Positions 25,549-34,078 of a stretch of DNA of 64,000 nucleotides are shown here, in pieces. Within the stretch, counting starts at the first letter, position 1, and every line of letters begins with the position of its first letter. A model generated the notes under the pieces. That model ran no database searches. It saw nothing but the letters and a program-made list of their open reading frames with translations, and had not been told where the DNA came from. Source of the DNA: a virus; the IMG/VR virus record IMGVR_UViG_3300044445_000048, positions 1-64,000 of that record. One strand, written 5' to 3'. The translations under genes and the position numbers were made by a program.

Positions 25549-25623
25549 GGGGAGATCGTCCAACGGTTAGGACGCTGGTCTCCAAAACCAGCAATCTAGG
25601 TTCGAGTCCTAGTCGCCCCGCCA
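25549..25623 (+). tRNA. tRNA-Trp (anticodon CCA)
   Basis: A manual cloverleaf folds as GGGGAGA/TC/GTCC-AACGGTTA-GGAC/G/CTGGT-CTCCAAA-ACCAG/CAAT/CTAGG-TTCGAGT-CCTAG/TCGCCCC/G/CCA. There is one A5xG68 mismatch and the CCA end is encoded. Confidence 0.85.
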
Positions 25624-25761
25624 ACTTGCCAACTTGCGCAATTCGTCAAACTGACCGATATGCTTGTCACCGGATTGGGCGATCGGCCCCAGGCGAGCGT
25701 AGAGAAATCCGCCCGTCGTTGTCTCGATCGTTCCCGGCTATCCCCTACAGCTATGGAGAGA

Positions 25762-26007
25762 ATGATGACGCATGTGCGCGCGAAGTTTCGTGTCACCTCG
25801 ATCGAGGATTTCGGCATGTCCAAGCAGGTGAAGATGGTGGTCGCGTATGACCCCACCGCCAACGGCGAGAACGCGAACTTCACCAAGGCCACGCCATCCG
25901 GCGAGCTCAAGATGACGATCGACAACCCGGCGGCGGCCATCCAATTCGAGGTGGGCAAGCACTATTACGCCGACTTCACCGAGGCGACCGAAGCCAGCAA
26001 CGGCTGA
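25762..26007 (+). CDS. hypothetical small tail-module protein (81 aa; ATG 25753 and 25765 are alternatives)
   Basis: GGAGAG lies just upstream. MMTHVRAKFRVTSIEDFG...ENANFTKATPSGELKMTIDNPAAAIQFEVGKHYYADF looks like a recurrent small phage protein type. Confidence 0.6.
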   Translation: MMTHVRAKFRVTSIEDFGMSKQVKMVVAYDPTANGENANFTKATPSGELKMTIDNPAAAIQFEVGKHYYADFTEATEASNG

Positions 26008-26013
26008 TCAGCG

Positions 26014-26054
26014 GGTGGACTAGTTTCGTGGCGCGGCCGCGGATCTAGTCCACC
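26014..26054. repeat. perfect 10-bp inverted repeat around a GC palindrome
   Basis: GGTGGACTAG (26014-23) pairs with CTAGTCCACC (26045-54). The 21-nt spacer contains the palindrome CGCGGCCGCG. It starts 7 nt after the stop codon, and no U-tract follows. Confidence 0.5.
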
Positions 26055-26260
26055 TTGCAGATCCGGGTGAAATTATGCACGTTCTATGCGGGGCGGAGAT
26101 CGGAGGGCCGGCAGCATGGCCGGTGCAGATCGGCGCAGCGTCTTAGGTCCGGTGCCATGTGCAGCCGGCGTTACCGAACCCCGCATGTGTGCGGCCCGCC
26201 CCACTTCCCCGCACGCCCCGGTTGCGGTATCCCCGCGGCTCCACCAACCGAGGGCCTCCA

Positions 26261-27190
26261 ATGTCGATCCCTACAACTGCCGATGGGCTACAGCCCTTCA
26301 CGCCGCCGTCACTCCGCCCGGAAGATCCGAGCGAGGAGCCGAAGGTGGTGTTCTTCTTCCGCATCCCGACGTGGCAGCAGCGCGACGAGATCCAGCTCAA
26401 GCTGTATCGGTACGGCGTGCGCCAAGTTTCGCAGGATGCGGTGCGTGCTGCTATGGTGAGCGAGCTTTGGACGATCCGGCCGGACACCGCGGAGTCCGAT
26501 GCGCTGTTCCTCGAATCCTTCTGGCAGCAGTCGAAGCTGCATGAGGAGGCGCTGAGCGAATGGCGCGATCGCGAAGTGCAGCGCCTTGCCGATATCGACG
26601 CTGGAACCACCAAGCCGCGCGAAATGGAGAAGCCCCCCGAACTTCCGATCCCCATCCGAGAGCGCGCCCGCGCGCAGATGCTCACACAAGAGCTCATGGA
26701 CGGCTCGGTGCTGGTACGGAACAAGCTGGCCGACCAGCACGATTATTCGCGACGCTTCGCCGAGCTCTCCGGGCGCATCGAGATCGCCGGTTGGCAGGGC
26801 CTCGATTGCGAGCCGCCGAAATACGACATGAGCGGCGTGATGAAGGTCGAGTCTGTCGAGGCGCTGCGCACGGCGCTGCACAAGATGGGCAACCTCATCG
26901 GCTGGCAGGAGCTATGCACCGAGGCTCAACTCATGTTCGAGCTTGACCGGGAAGAGGTGGGAAACTCCGTCTTGCCGCTCGAGAGCTCCTCGACGGCAGA
27001 TGGTTCACCGCTCCCCCAGGACCCATCGGCGGTCGCTTCTGGACATTCGACGAAACCGGCAACGGGCACGAAATCGAATACCGGTCGAACCCGCGGCGGC
27101 GGATCTCGGAAACCCACCGGAGCATCGTCAGGATCTACCGGCGGCTCCGCGGCGGAGACGAAGAACGATGGCCTGACGGCCGCTCCGTAG
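26261..27190 (+). CDS. tail assembly chaperone candidate, zero-frame product (309 aa)
   Basis: It lies between the major tail and tape-measure genes. ATG 26261 follows GAGGG. The C-terminal 75 aa are low-complexity Ser/Thr/Gly. Confidence 0.6.
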   Translation: MSIPTTADGLQPFTPPSLRPEDPSEEPKVVFFFRIPTWQQRDEIQLKLYRYGVRQVSQDAVRAAMVSELWTIRPDTAESDALFLESFWQQSKLHEEALSEWRDREVQRLADIDAGTTKPREMEKPPELPIPIRERARAQMLTQELMDGSVLVRNKLADQHDYSRRFAELSGRIEIAGWQGLDCEPPKYDMSGVMKVESVEALRTALHKMGNLIGWQELCTEAQLMFELDREEVGNSVLPLESSSTADGSPLPQDPSAVASGHSTKPATGTKSNTGRTRGGGSRKPTGASSGSTGGSAAETKNDGLTAAP

Positions 27191-27282
27191 TTTACCAGCC
27201 GCTCAGGCTCGTGGGCGCGTTCCATGTGCTCAACGAATACTGGTCTAAGGAAAACGTCGACGGCAACGGGGCGGGGGCATAG
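26261..27282 (+). CDS. tail assembly chaperone, candidate -1 frameshift fusion product (~340 aa)
   Basis: The -1 frame opens at 26947, 12 nt before the heptamer, and stays open to TAG 27280-82. This fills the otherwise non-coding gap before 27310. The extension reads ...WFTAPPGPIGGRFWTFDETGNGHEIEYRS...VVYQPLRLVGAFHVLNEYWSKENV. Confidence 0.5.
26959..26997 (+). promoter_or_regulatory. candidate -1 programmed ribosomal frameshift signal
   Basis: The heptamer G_GGA_AAC (26959-65) is in the correct phase. After an 8-nt spacer comes a 9-bp bulged GC-rich hairpin, GCCG(C)TCGAG-AGCTC-CTCGACGGC (26974-97). Confidence 0.55.
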
Positions 27283-27309
27283 CTCCCGCCCTTCTGCTAT
27301 GCGGAGCGC

Positions 27310-28050
27310 ATGGCAATCCGGCACACCGAGAGTCGACCACCCAACGGCCTGCACCAGCGGCTCGGCCGCGCGCACGACACGATCGTGAAGCAAGCGGCCG
27401 CGGTGGCGACGGACAAGGCGATCCGCGGCGCGGGCATCTTCACCAGGCAGACGATCCGGACGGTCGGGCTGGGCCGCCTGTCGAACGCCGTCGCCGACAC
27501 CTCATCGCTCCGGCAGGGCCGGCGGCCGAGCTCGAACAGCTACGGCGTGCTCTACGCCCGCGGCGGCGATGAGAGCCTCGCCGGCGGCGCGCTGGATGCG
27601 TACAGCCGCGGCGCGACGATCCGGCCACGCAACGGCGCGTGGCTATGGTTTCAGACGAAGGCGCTGGCGCGCACCGCGCGGGTCGGCACCGGCGGCCGGC
27701 GGCGGCTCACCCCCGAGCTCTACAACGCGATCGGCGCGCCGCTCGGGCCGCTGCACTTCCGCCGCATCCGCCCGGATCTCGCCGTGCTCTACGCCGAGAA
27801 GGTGACAGTCAGCGCCCGCACCGGCCGCGCCCGCCGGGCAGGCCCGCGCGCGAAGTCGGTTGAGAAGCGCGTGACGGTGTTTTTCGGGATCAAGAACACG
27901 AAGCGCACAAAGCGTTTCGACGTCGGGCAGATCGTCAGCCGCTTCGCCGGCCTGGTGCCGGTCTACATGGTCGAGGAGATCCGCAAGGCGATCGCCGCCG
28001 GCCAGGCCGATATCATCAACTCAGCCGTGCGGCCGGATAACCGCCGCTAG
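27310..28050 (+). CDS. hypothetical tail-module protein (246 aa)
   Basis: Track ORF directly upstream of the tape-measure gene. No motif recognised. Confidence 0.6.
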   Translation: MAIRHTESRPPNGLHQRLGRAHDTIVKQAAAVATDKAIRGAGIFTRQTIRTVGLGRLSNAVADTSSLRQGRRPSSNSYGVLYARGGDESLAGGALDAYSRGATIRPRNGAWLWFQTKALARTARVGTGGRRRLTPELYNAIGAPLGPLHFRRIRPDLAVLYAEKVTVSARTGRARRAGPRAKSVEKRVTVFFGIKNTKRTKRFDVGQIVSRFAGLVPVYMVEEIRKAIAAGQADIINSAVRPDNRR

Positions 28051-28113
28051 GACAGAGGCGCGGGTTGGGATAGACGGGAGATCAGGGCCTCATAATCTAC
28101 CGGGAGAACCGGC

Positions 28114-31100
28114 TTGGCCCGCGCGTCTACGTTCACGAACTATATCCGGACGGATCTCGACCCCCGTAGCGGCACCGCATACCGGCAACTCGAGACGATC
28201 GCGAACCGGACATACGACTCGATCGCCCGGCATGCGCTGGGTGCATCGTCGGCGTCGGCGCGGGTAGATCCATCGCGGGCATCCCGCGGCGGCGCGGCGT
28301 TCGCGCTACAGACGGCGGCGGCGTCGAAGGCTGCTCAGACGCTCGCCGCCACCGAGGCGCGGATCAGCGGCGTCGCACTGGCCGGATCGGCGGCGCTCGC
28401 GCGCAACGCCACGTCGACGCGCCACGTCGCGACCGAGACCACGCTCCTCAACCGGAACCTCAACACCCTCGCCTCGACGTTGAACGTCGTGCAGGGACCG
28501 CTCGGGCCGCTGGCTGGCCGCGTCCGCGCGATCGGCACCGCCGTGACCGAGCTCGCCGGCATCCGGCTGGGCCTGGCCGCCGGCGCGGCATCGATCTTCG
28601 CGTTCGCCTCCGCGTCCAACCAATTCGTCAACGTCGAGAACAAGCTCCGGCCGCTGTACGAGACGCAGACGCAGGTGAATTCGGCGCTCCGCGACGTGGA
28701 GCGGGCCGCGATCGGCGCGCACGCCGCGCTGGCACCCACCGCGGATCTCTACTCCAAGCTGACCGCCGCCGGCCGCGACTTCCGGATTGAGCAGAGCAAG
28801 ATCAACATCGCCACGTCGGTTGCGGCGAAGGCGGCGACGATCTCGGGCTCGAGCACGGAAGGCCGCGCCGCCGGCCTGTTTCAGTTTGCGCAGGGCATCG
28901 CCTCGAACACGCTCGGCGGCGACGAGCTCAAGTCGATCCGCGAGAATATCCCCGAGCTCGCCCGCGCGCTGGCGAAGGGGCTGGGCGTCCAGGTCGGCGA
29001 TCTCAAGAAGCTGGGGTCCGAGGGCAAGCTGAGTGCGCAGGCGATCGTCGACGCGCTCGCCAAGGCCGAGGAGGAGATCAACCTCAAATTCTCGCGCATC
29101 CCCAAGACGCTGAGCGTGGCGTCGACCGAATTCGGGAACGCCTTCACGCTGATGATCGGCCGCGCTGATCAGGCGGTCGGCGTCACGTCGAAGCTCGCGA
29201 ACGTGGTGTCGGTGCTGGCCGAGAACATGCGGACGGTGGCGGCACTCTCCGCCGGCGTCGGCGCAGCTTTCATCGCACCGCGCATCACGGCGGCGGCAAA
29301 GCAGACGGTCGCGGAGACCCGCCAGCAATTCGCCGGCGGCGCGACGGTCTACGGCCCGGCCCGTCCGACTGAGGCGAACGTCGCGCTGGGCAATGCCCGC
29401 GCGGCTCGGCTGGCGGCCGACGAGAACGTGGCGGCCACTCAGCGCGAGCTCGCCGCCCGGCAGGCGAACGTCGCGGCGCTTCGTGAGGAGACCGGCGCAT
29501 ACACCGCGCAGATCGGCAAGGCGCGTGAGCAGGCCGCGGCGGCGCTCGAGGCGTCGGCTGCGCAGCGCGCCGCCGCAACGGCCGTCACGATGGAGATCCG
29601 CGAGCAGATCGCGGCGACCGGGCAGAGCGCGGAGGCGATCGCCGCCGCCGCCACGGCCGACGTCGAATCCAACGGCGCGCGGATCTCCGCCGCGGAAGCT
29701 CGCATCGCCCTGTTGCGGGCCGAGCGTGTCGAGATCGTCGAGACCGCGAACGCTCAGGCGGCGGCGGCGTCGACGGCGCGCCAGGCGGCGGTGCTTCGCG
29801 CTGCTCAGGCGACCGGCGGCGGCGGGCAGGCGTATGCTGCCGGCATCAATGCCGGCAACGCAGAGAAGCAAGCCGCGGCCGCCACCACCGCCCTCGCCCG
29901 TACTCGCCAGCAGCTTGTCGCGATCGATGCCGAGCTCGCTGCCACGGAGTCGACCGTCGTCAGCGCCATGAACGCGCAGACGATCGCCGCCGAGCGCGCG
30001 GCCGCCGCCGAGCAGATCCTCGCCGCTAACACGGCCGAGACGAACGCCGTGCGGCAGTCGACCGTCGCGGCGACCTATGCTCAGCGTCAGCGCGCGGCGG
30101 CGGCGGCGCTCACCGCCGAAGTGAAGGCGATGCAGCAGGCCGAGATCGCGGCGACGGGCGCGACGGTGGTTCGCACCACGGCGATCGAGGCCGAGACGGT
30201 GGCGATGCGCGCCGCCGCGCTGGGCACCCGCGCGCTCAAGGGCGCGATGGATCTGCTCAAGACGTCGCTGCCGATCCTCGCGATCACCGGGCTGGTCACG
30301 GTGCTCACGTATCTCGCCACGGCGGAGAGCCAGGCGGAGGCGAACGCTCGCCTGCTCGAGGACGCGCAGAACAAGCTGTCGGGCGCGATCGACTTCAACA
30401 CCGGCAAGATCAAAGAGCAGAACAAGGCGAAGCTGGCTGGGCTCAACCTCGACCTGCAAACCGGGCTCAAGGCGGCCGGCTCGAACTATCGCACGGCGCG
30501 CAGCGAGCTCGCGAACCTTGGTGGCAGGATCGGCGGCCGTGATCAGGCCGGATCGTACAGCGGCTACATCAAGCTCACCGACGCGGAGAAGAAGGCCGAC
30601 GCCCTGTTCGCGGCGTATCGCAAGCCGGGCTCCACCATGTCGGCGGAGTCGTTGCAGACGAGCCTCGACGAACTGGCGAAGTCTGAGCCGCGGCTCAAGG
30701 CGGTGGCCGATGCGGCGGCGCGCGTCAGCAGCAACGTCGTGGACAGCGCGCAGGCGTACCAGAAGCTCACCGCGCAGCAGCGCCTCCTCACCGGCGATAA
30801 CACGCTCGAGAACCGCCAGCGCGCGCAGGGCGATTTCAGCCCCGTCGCCAAGCCCGGCACCACCGGCAACCGCAGCAAGGCGCAGATCGAGGCCGCCGCC
30901 GCCGCGGAAGCCGCGCAGACTGAGCTCGAGCGTGCCCGCGCCAACCTCAAGAGCGTTCGTGCGAACGGCGCTCAGCAGGGTGAGAGCGAGATCGATTACC
31001 AGCACCGGCTGGCGGCGGCGATCCAGGGCGTCAAGTCGGCGACGGAGGCTCAGGCCAGTGCTCGCAAGGCGGATACTGCCGGCCGGGTGCAGGCTCGAGC

Positions 31101-34047
31101 AGCGGCGCGCGACGCGATTCAGGATGCGCGCGACGAAGCCGAGCAGCGTCAGAACCTCGCCCTGCTCACCTTGGCGCGGAGTGGGAAAGACCCGAACAGC
31201 GACGAGTATATCCAGCAGCGCGAGCAGATCCTCGCCACATACGATAAGGAGGTAAACGCCCTCGACGCGAGCCGGGCAGCGTCGAACAGCGCGGCGCGCG
31301 CGCAGATCCAGGATGCGTTGAAGGTCCGCGCGGCGGCGGCGTCAGCGGGCGAGGCGATCGCCGATATCGCCAGCCGGTACGATACCGCGCCGCGCGCTCT
31401 CGATCGCGCCCGCGCCGACGTGCGAGATCTGCTCGCCCTGGTCGGGCAGCAGGTGGACGGCATCGCGCCCAAGACGGCGGAAAACCCCACTGGCCGCCGC
31501 CGCTTCACGACGGAGGATTACGAGCAGCGCGCCGCCGGCGTGCAGACGGGGCTGCGCAAGCCGTTCCAAGACATGCTCGACGATTACGCCCGAGAGGAGG
31601 AGATCCAGAAGGCGCTGCTCGACGGGCGCACCGCGGAGGCGCAGGCCCTCCGTCAGAAATTCGAGCTCGTCGACCGCGTGGGCGTGCTCGAGGCCGGGCA
31701 ATACGATCGCCTGTTGCAGGCGGCCGACCGGCAGGAGCGGGTCAACGCTATCCTACAGGATCGCGAGCGCATCACCGCGACGCTGTCCGGTGTGGTCGAC
31801 GACATGCGGAGCTCGGTCGAGGAGCTCCTAGCGGATCTCCCGAACAACGCGCCCAAGGCGGCGGCCGGTTTCGCGAAGCGCCTGTTCGCCAGCTATCAGG
31901 GCGCGTCGGCGCGCATCGTCACCGACCAGCTATTCGGCGGCGTCGACCAGCGGGTGAAGGATCTGATCAGCGGCCGCGACGCGGTGCAGCGGGCAACCGA
32001 CTTCGCGGCCACGCAATTCGGCACCACCGGCATGGCTGCGCAGAGCCTCGCCGGCGCGTTCAACACCGCGAAGGATTTCATGCTGCGCCTGGTCGGGCAG
32101 ACGCCCGGCACGAACACCGCGCCGCTGTCCGCGCCGGCGTCGACCGAAGCTCCGGTCAATCCGTACCTGCCCCGCGCAACCCTCCCGAGCGGCGTGCTGC
32201 CGGAGGGCACGACGTTCGGCGCGTTGCTCAATCCGGGGAACTCCGTCGACGCGGTGTTGAGGCTGGCGAGCGGCAGGATCGATTCCGCGTCGACCATCCT
32301 GTCCGAACAGATCGCGTCGGCTGCACCGGTCACGGCGTTCGATGCGACCACGGCATCGGCTGGATCGCTGCGCGCCGGCATCGACGGCCTCACCTCGAGC
32401 GTCAACGCGGCCGCCAGCGCGGCGGCGGGCATGGCGAACGGTCTCGCCGCCGGCCCGATCGGCGGCCAGAGCCAGGCCACGACGCAGGCCCTCGTCGACG
32501 TCGCCACCAAGGTGAGCTCGGCTGTCGCGGAGAGCGGCGAGGACATCATCGTCACGGCCAAAAAGCAGGTCGACCGCGGCGTCATCCAAGATCCGTTCGC
32601 CGGCAAGGCGGTGGGCGTGCTCAAGGATCTCGGCATCAAGCTGCCGGATCTGAACCGGCAGAAGCCGCCGTCCATCCGAGAGGTGTATAACGAGACCGGC
32701 AAGGCGATCGGCGAGAAGCTCGACAATGCGCTCGGCACCAAATTCCTGGGCAGTCTCGGCGCGAAGTTTGGCGACGCGCTCAAGGGTGCCGGCACCGGTC
32801 AGCTTGCATCTGGCATCGCGTCGAAGCTGGGGATCAAGCAATCCCAGACGGGCGCGGCGATCGGCGGCGCGATCGGCGGCGCGACGGGCATCCCCGGTGC
32901 CGATATCGTCGGCGGCCTGATCGGCGGCACGGTCGGCGGCCTGTTCAAGAAAACCAAGTCGGCATCGGCCGGTGTGACGATCGACGGGTTCGGCGCTGCC
33001 GCCGGCGCGGCGACGGGCACGAAGTCACGGCAGGCGGGTGCGACCTCGCTCGCCGGCGGCGTCGCGAGCAGCATCCAGCAGATCGCCGATCAGCTTGGCC
33101 TGTCGCTCAGCGGCTCCTCGAACGTGAAGATCGGCACGTACAAGGATCAGATCCGCGTCTCGACCAACGGCACGCCGATCGGCGGCAAGGGCAGCAAGGG
33201 CGCGATCACCTTCGCCGATGAGCAGCAGGCGATCGAGTATGCCGTTCGCGACATGATCAGCGATGGCGTGCTGCCGGGGATGAGTGCGGCGTCGAAGCGC
33301 ATCCTGCTCGCCGGAAAGGATCTGTCGAAGCAACTCGAGAAGGCGACGCTGATCGAGAGCATCCCGAAGCGGCTCCTCCGTCTCACCGATCCGGTGCGCG
33401 CGGCCGTGACGGAGCTCAACGATGAATTCATGAAGATCAAGGCGGCGCTCGACGAGGGCGGGGCGTCGGCTGAGCAGTATGCGCAGGCGCAGAAGCTCTA
33501 CGATCTTGAGCGGGTGCAGGCGATCCAGAGTGCGCAGACGGCGACGAGCACGGCGATTGATGATTTCCTCAAGCAACTGAACCAGACGTCGGACAGCCCA
33601 CTCAACAAGGCGACGGTGTACGACAACGCGAACGCGACCTTCCAGAAGCTCGTGTCCGACGTGCAGGCTGGCAAGGTGGTCGACGCGGATGCGCTGGTCG
33701 AGGCGGGCAAGAACTTCAACGATGCCAGCCGCGCGCTCAACGGCTCGAGCTCGGGGTATTTCAGCGACTTCGACTTCCTCCGGCAGATCCTCGAGAAGGG
33801 CAAGACGAACGCCGCCGCCGCGGTGACGGGCCTGCCGACCAGCGATCTCCCCGGCTCGCCGTTCGGCGTCATGTCGGATGCGATCTCGGCGAGCTCGAAC
33901 GCAACGGTGCAGGCGACGAACCAGCAGACGGCCGTGCTCAACCAATCGTTGCAGGCGATCCTGCAAAAGCTGGGCGGCGCGGGCGTAATCTCGTCGATGG
34001 ATAACCTTGCGGCGTTCCGTCAGACGGGGTTCGCATACGCCAATTAA
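28114..34047 (+). CDS. tape measure protein (1977 aa, TTG start)
   Basis: It is a very long Ala/Gln-rich helical protein. A Gly-zipper hydrophobic segment (GAAIGGAIGGATGIPGADIVGGLIGGTVGGLF) lies near the C-terminus. The position is canonical for a tape measure. Confidence 0.9.
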   Translation: MARASTFTNYIRTDLDPRSGTAYRQLETIANRTYDSIARHALGASSASARVDPSRASRGGAAFALQTAAASKAAQTLAATEARISGVALAGSAALARNATSTRHVATETTLLNRNLNTLASTLNVVQGPLGPLAGRVRAIGTAVTELAGIRLGLAAGAASIFAFASASNQFVNVENKLRPLYETQTQVNSALRDVERAAIGAHAALAPTADLYSKLTAAGRDFRIEQSKINIATSVAAKAATISGSSTEGRAAGLFQFAQGIASNTLGGDELKSIRENIPELARALAKGLGVQVGDLKKLGSEGKLSAQAIVDALAKAEEEINLKFSRIPKTLSVASTEFGNAFTLMIGRADQAVGVTSKLANVVSVLAENMRTVAALSAGVGAAFIAPRITAAAKQTVAETRQQFAGGATVYGPARPTEANVALGNARAARLAADENVAATQRELAARQANVAALREETGAYTAQIGKAREQAAAALEASAAQRAAATAVTMEIREQIAATGQSAEAIAAAATADVESNGARISAAEARIALLRAERVEIVETANAQAAAASTARQAAVLRAAQATGGGGQAYAAGINAGNAEKQAAAATTALARTRQQLVAIDAELAATESTVVSAMNAQTIAAERAAAAEQILAANTAETNAVRQSTVAATYAQRQRAAAAALTAEVKAMQQAEIAATGATVVRTTAIEAETVAMRAAALGTRALKGAMDLLKTSLPILAITGLVTVLTYLATAESQAEANARLLEDAQNKLSGAIDFNTGKIKEQNKAKLAGLNLDLQTGLKAAGSNYRTARSELANLGGRIGGRDQAGSYSGYIKLTDAEKKADALFAAYRKPGSTMSAESLQTSLDELAKSEPRLKAVADAAARVSSNVVDSAQAYQKLTAQQRLLTGDNTLENRQRAQGDFSPVAKPGTTGNRSKAQIEAAAAAEAAQTELERARANLKSVRANGAQQGESEIDYQHRLAAAIQGVKSATEAQASARKADTAGRVQARAAARDAIQDARDEAEQRQNLALLTLARSGKDPNSDEYIQQREQILATYDKEVNALDASRAASNSAARAQIQDALKVRAAAASAGEAIADIASRYDTAPRALDRARADVRDLLALVGQQVDGIAPKTAENPTGRRRFTTEDYEQRAAGVQTGLRKPFQDMLDDYAREEEIQKALLDGRTAEAQALRQKFELVDRVGVLEAGQYDRLLQAADRQERVNAILQDRERITATLSGVVDDMRSSVEELLADLPNNAPKAAAGFAKRLFASYQGASARIVTDQLFGGVDQRVKDLISGRDAVQRATDFAATQFGTTGMAAQSLAGAFNTAKDFMLRLVGQTPGTNTAPLSAPASTEAPVNPYLPRATLPSGVLPEGTTFGALLNPGNSVDAVLRLASGRIDSASTILSEQIASAAPVTAFDATTASAGSLRAGIDGLTSSVNAAASAAAGMANGLAAGPIGGQSQATTQALVDVATKVSSAVAESGEDIIVTAKKQVDRGVIQDPFAGKAVGVLKDLGIKLPDLNRQKPPSIREVYNETGKAIGEKLDNALGTKFLGSLGAKFGDALKGAGTGQLASGIASKLGIKQSQTGAAIGGAIGGATGIPGADIVGGLIGGTVGGLFKKTKSASAGVTIDGFGAAAGAATGTKSRQAGATSLAGGVASSIQQIADQLGLSLSGSSNVKIGTYKDQIRVSTNGTPIGGKGSKGAITFADEQQAIEYAVRDMISDGVLPGMSAASKRILLAGKDLSKQLEKATLIESIPKRLLRLTDPVRAAVTELNDEFMKIKAALDEGGASAEQYAQAQKLYDLERVQAIQSAQTATSTAIDDFLKQLNQTSDSPLNKATVYDNANATFQKLVSDVQAGKVVDADALVEAGKNFNDASRALNGSSSGYFSDFDFLRQILEKGKTNAAAAVTGLPTSDLPGSPFGVMSDAISASSNATVQATNQQTAVLNQSLQAILQKLGGAGVISSMDNLAAFRQTGFAYAN

Positions 34048-34078
34048 CAATGGGGCGGGGCGGGTGTAGATCAGCGGC

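Noticed and set aside
25762-26459. A second frameshift joining the 81-aa gene to the -1-frame ORF at 26055..26459.
   Set aside because: There is no slippery heptamer near the stop at 26005-07. The downstream ORF translation is Arg/Pro/Cys junk. The two are separated by the inverted-repeat element.
28306-31005. An 899-aa ORF on the minus strand opposite the tape measure gene. Similar long antisense or off-frame ORFs occur at 20448..22301, 10355..11386, 14958..15908, 16038..17165, 33025..34305, 33938..34978, 59645..60505, 5868..6875, 45679..46560, 46760..47797 and 61087..62154.
   Set aside because: These are shadow ORFs typical of high-GC DNA. Their translations are dominated by Arg/Gly/Pro/Ala runs. 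Each lies entirely opposite or out of frame with a gene that has recognisable motifs and better third-position GC.
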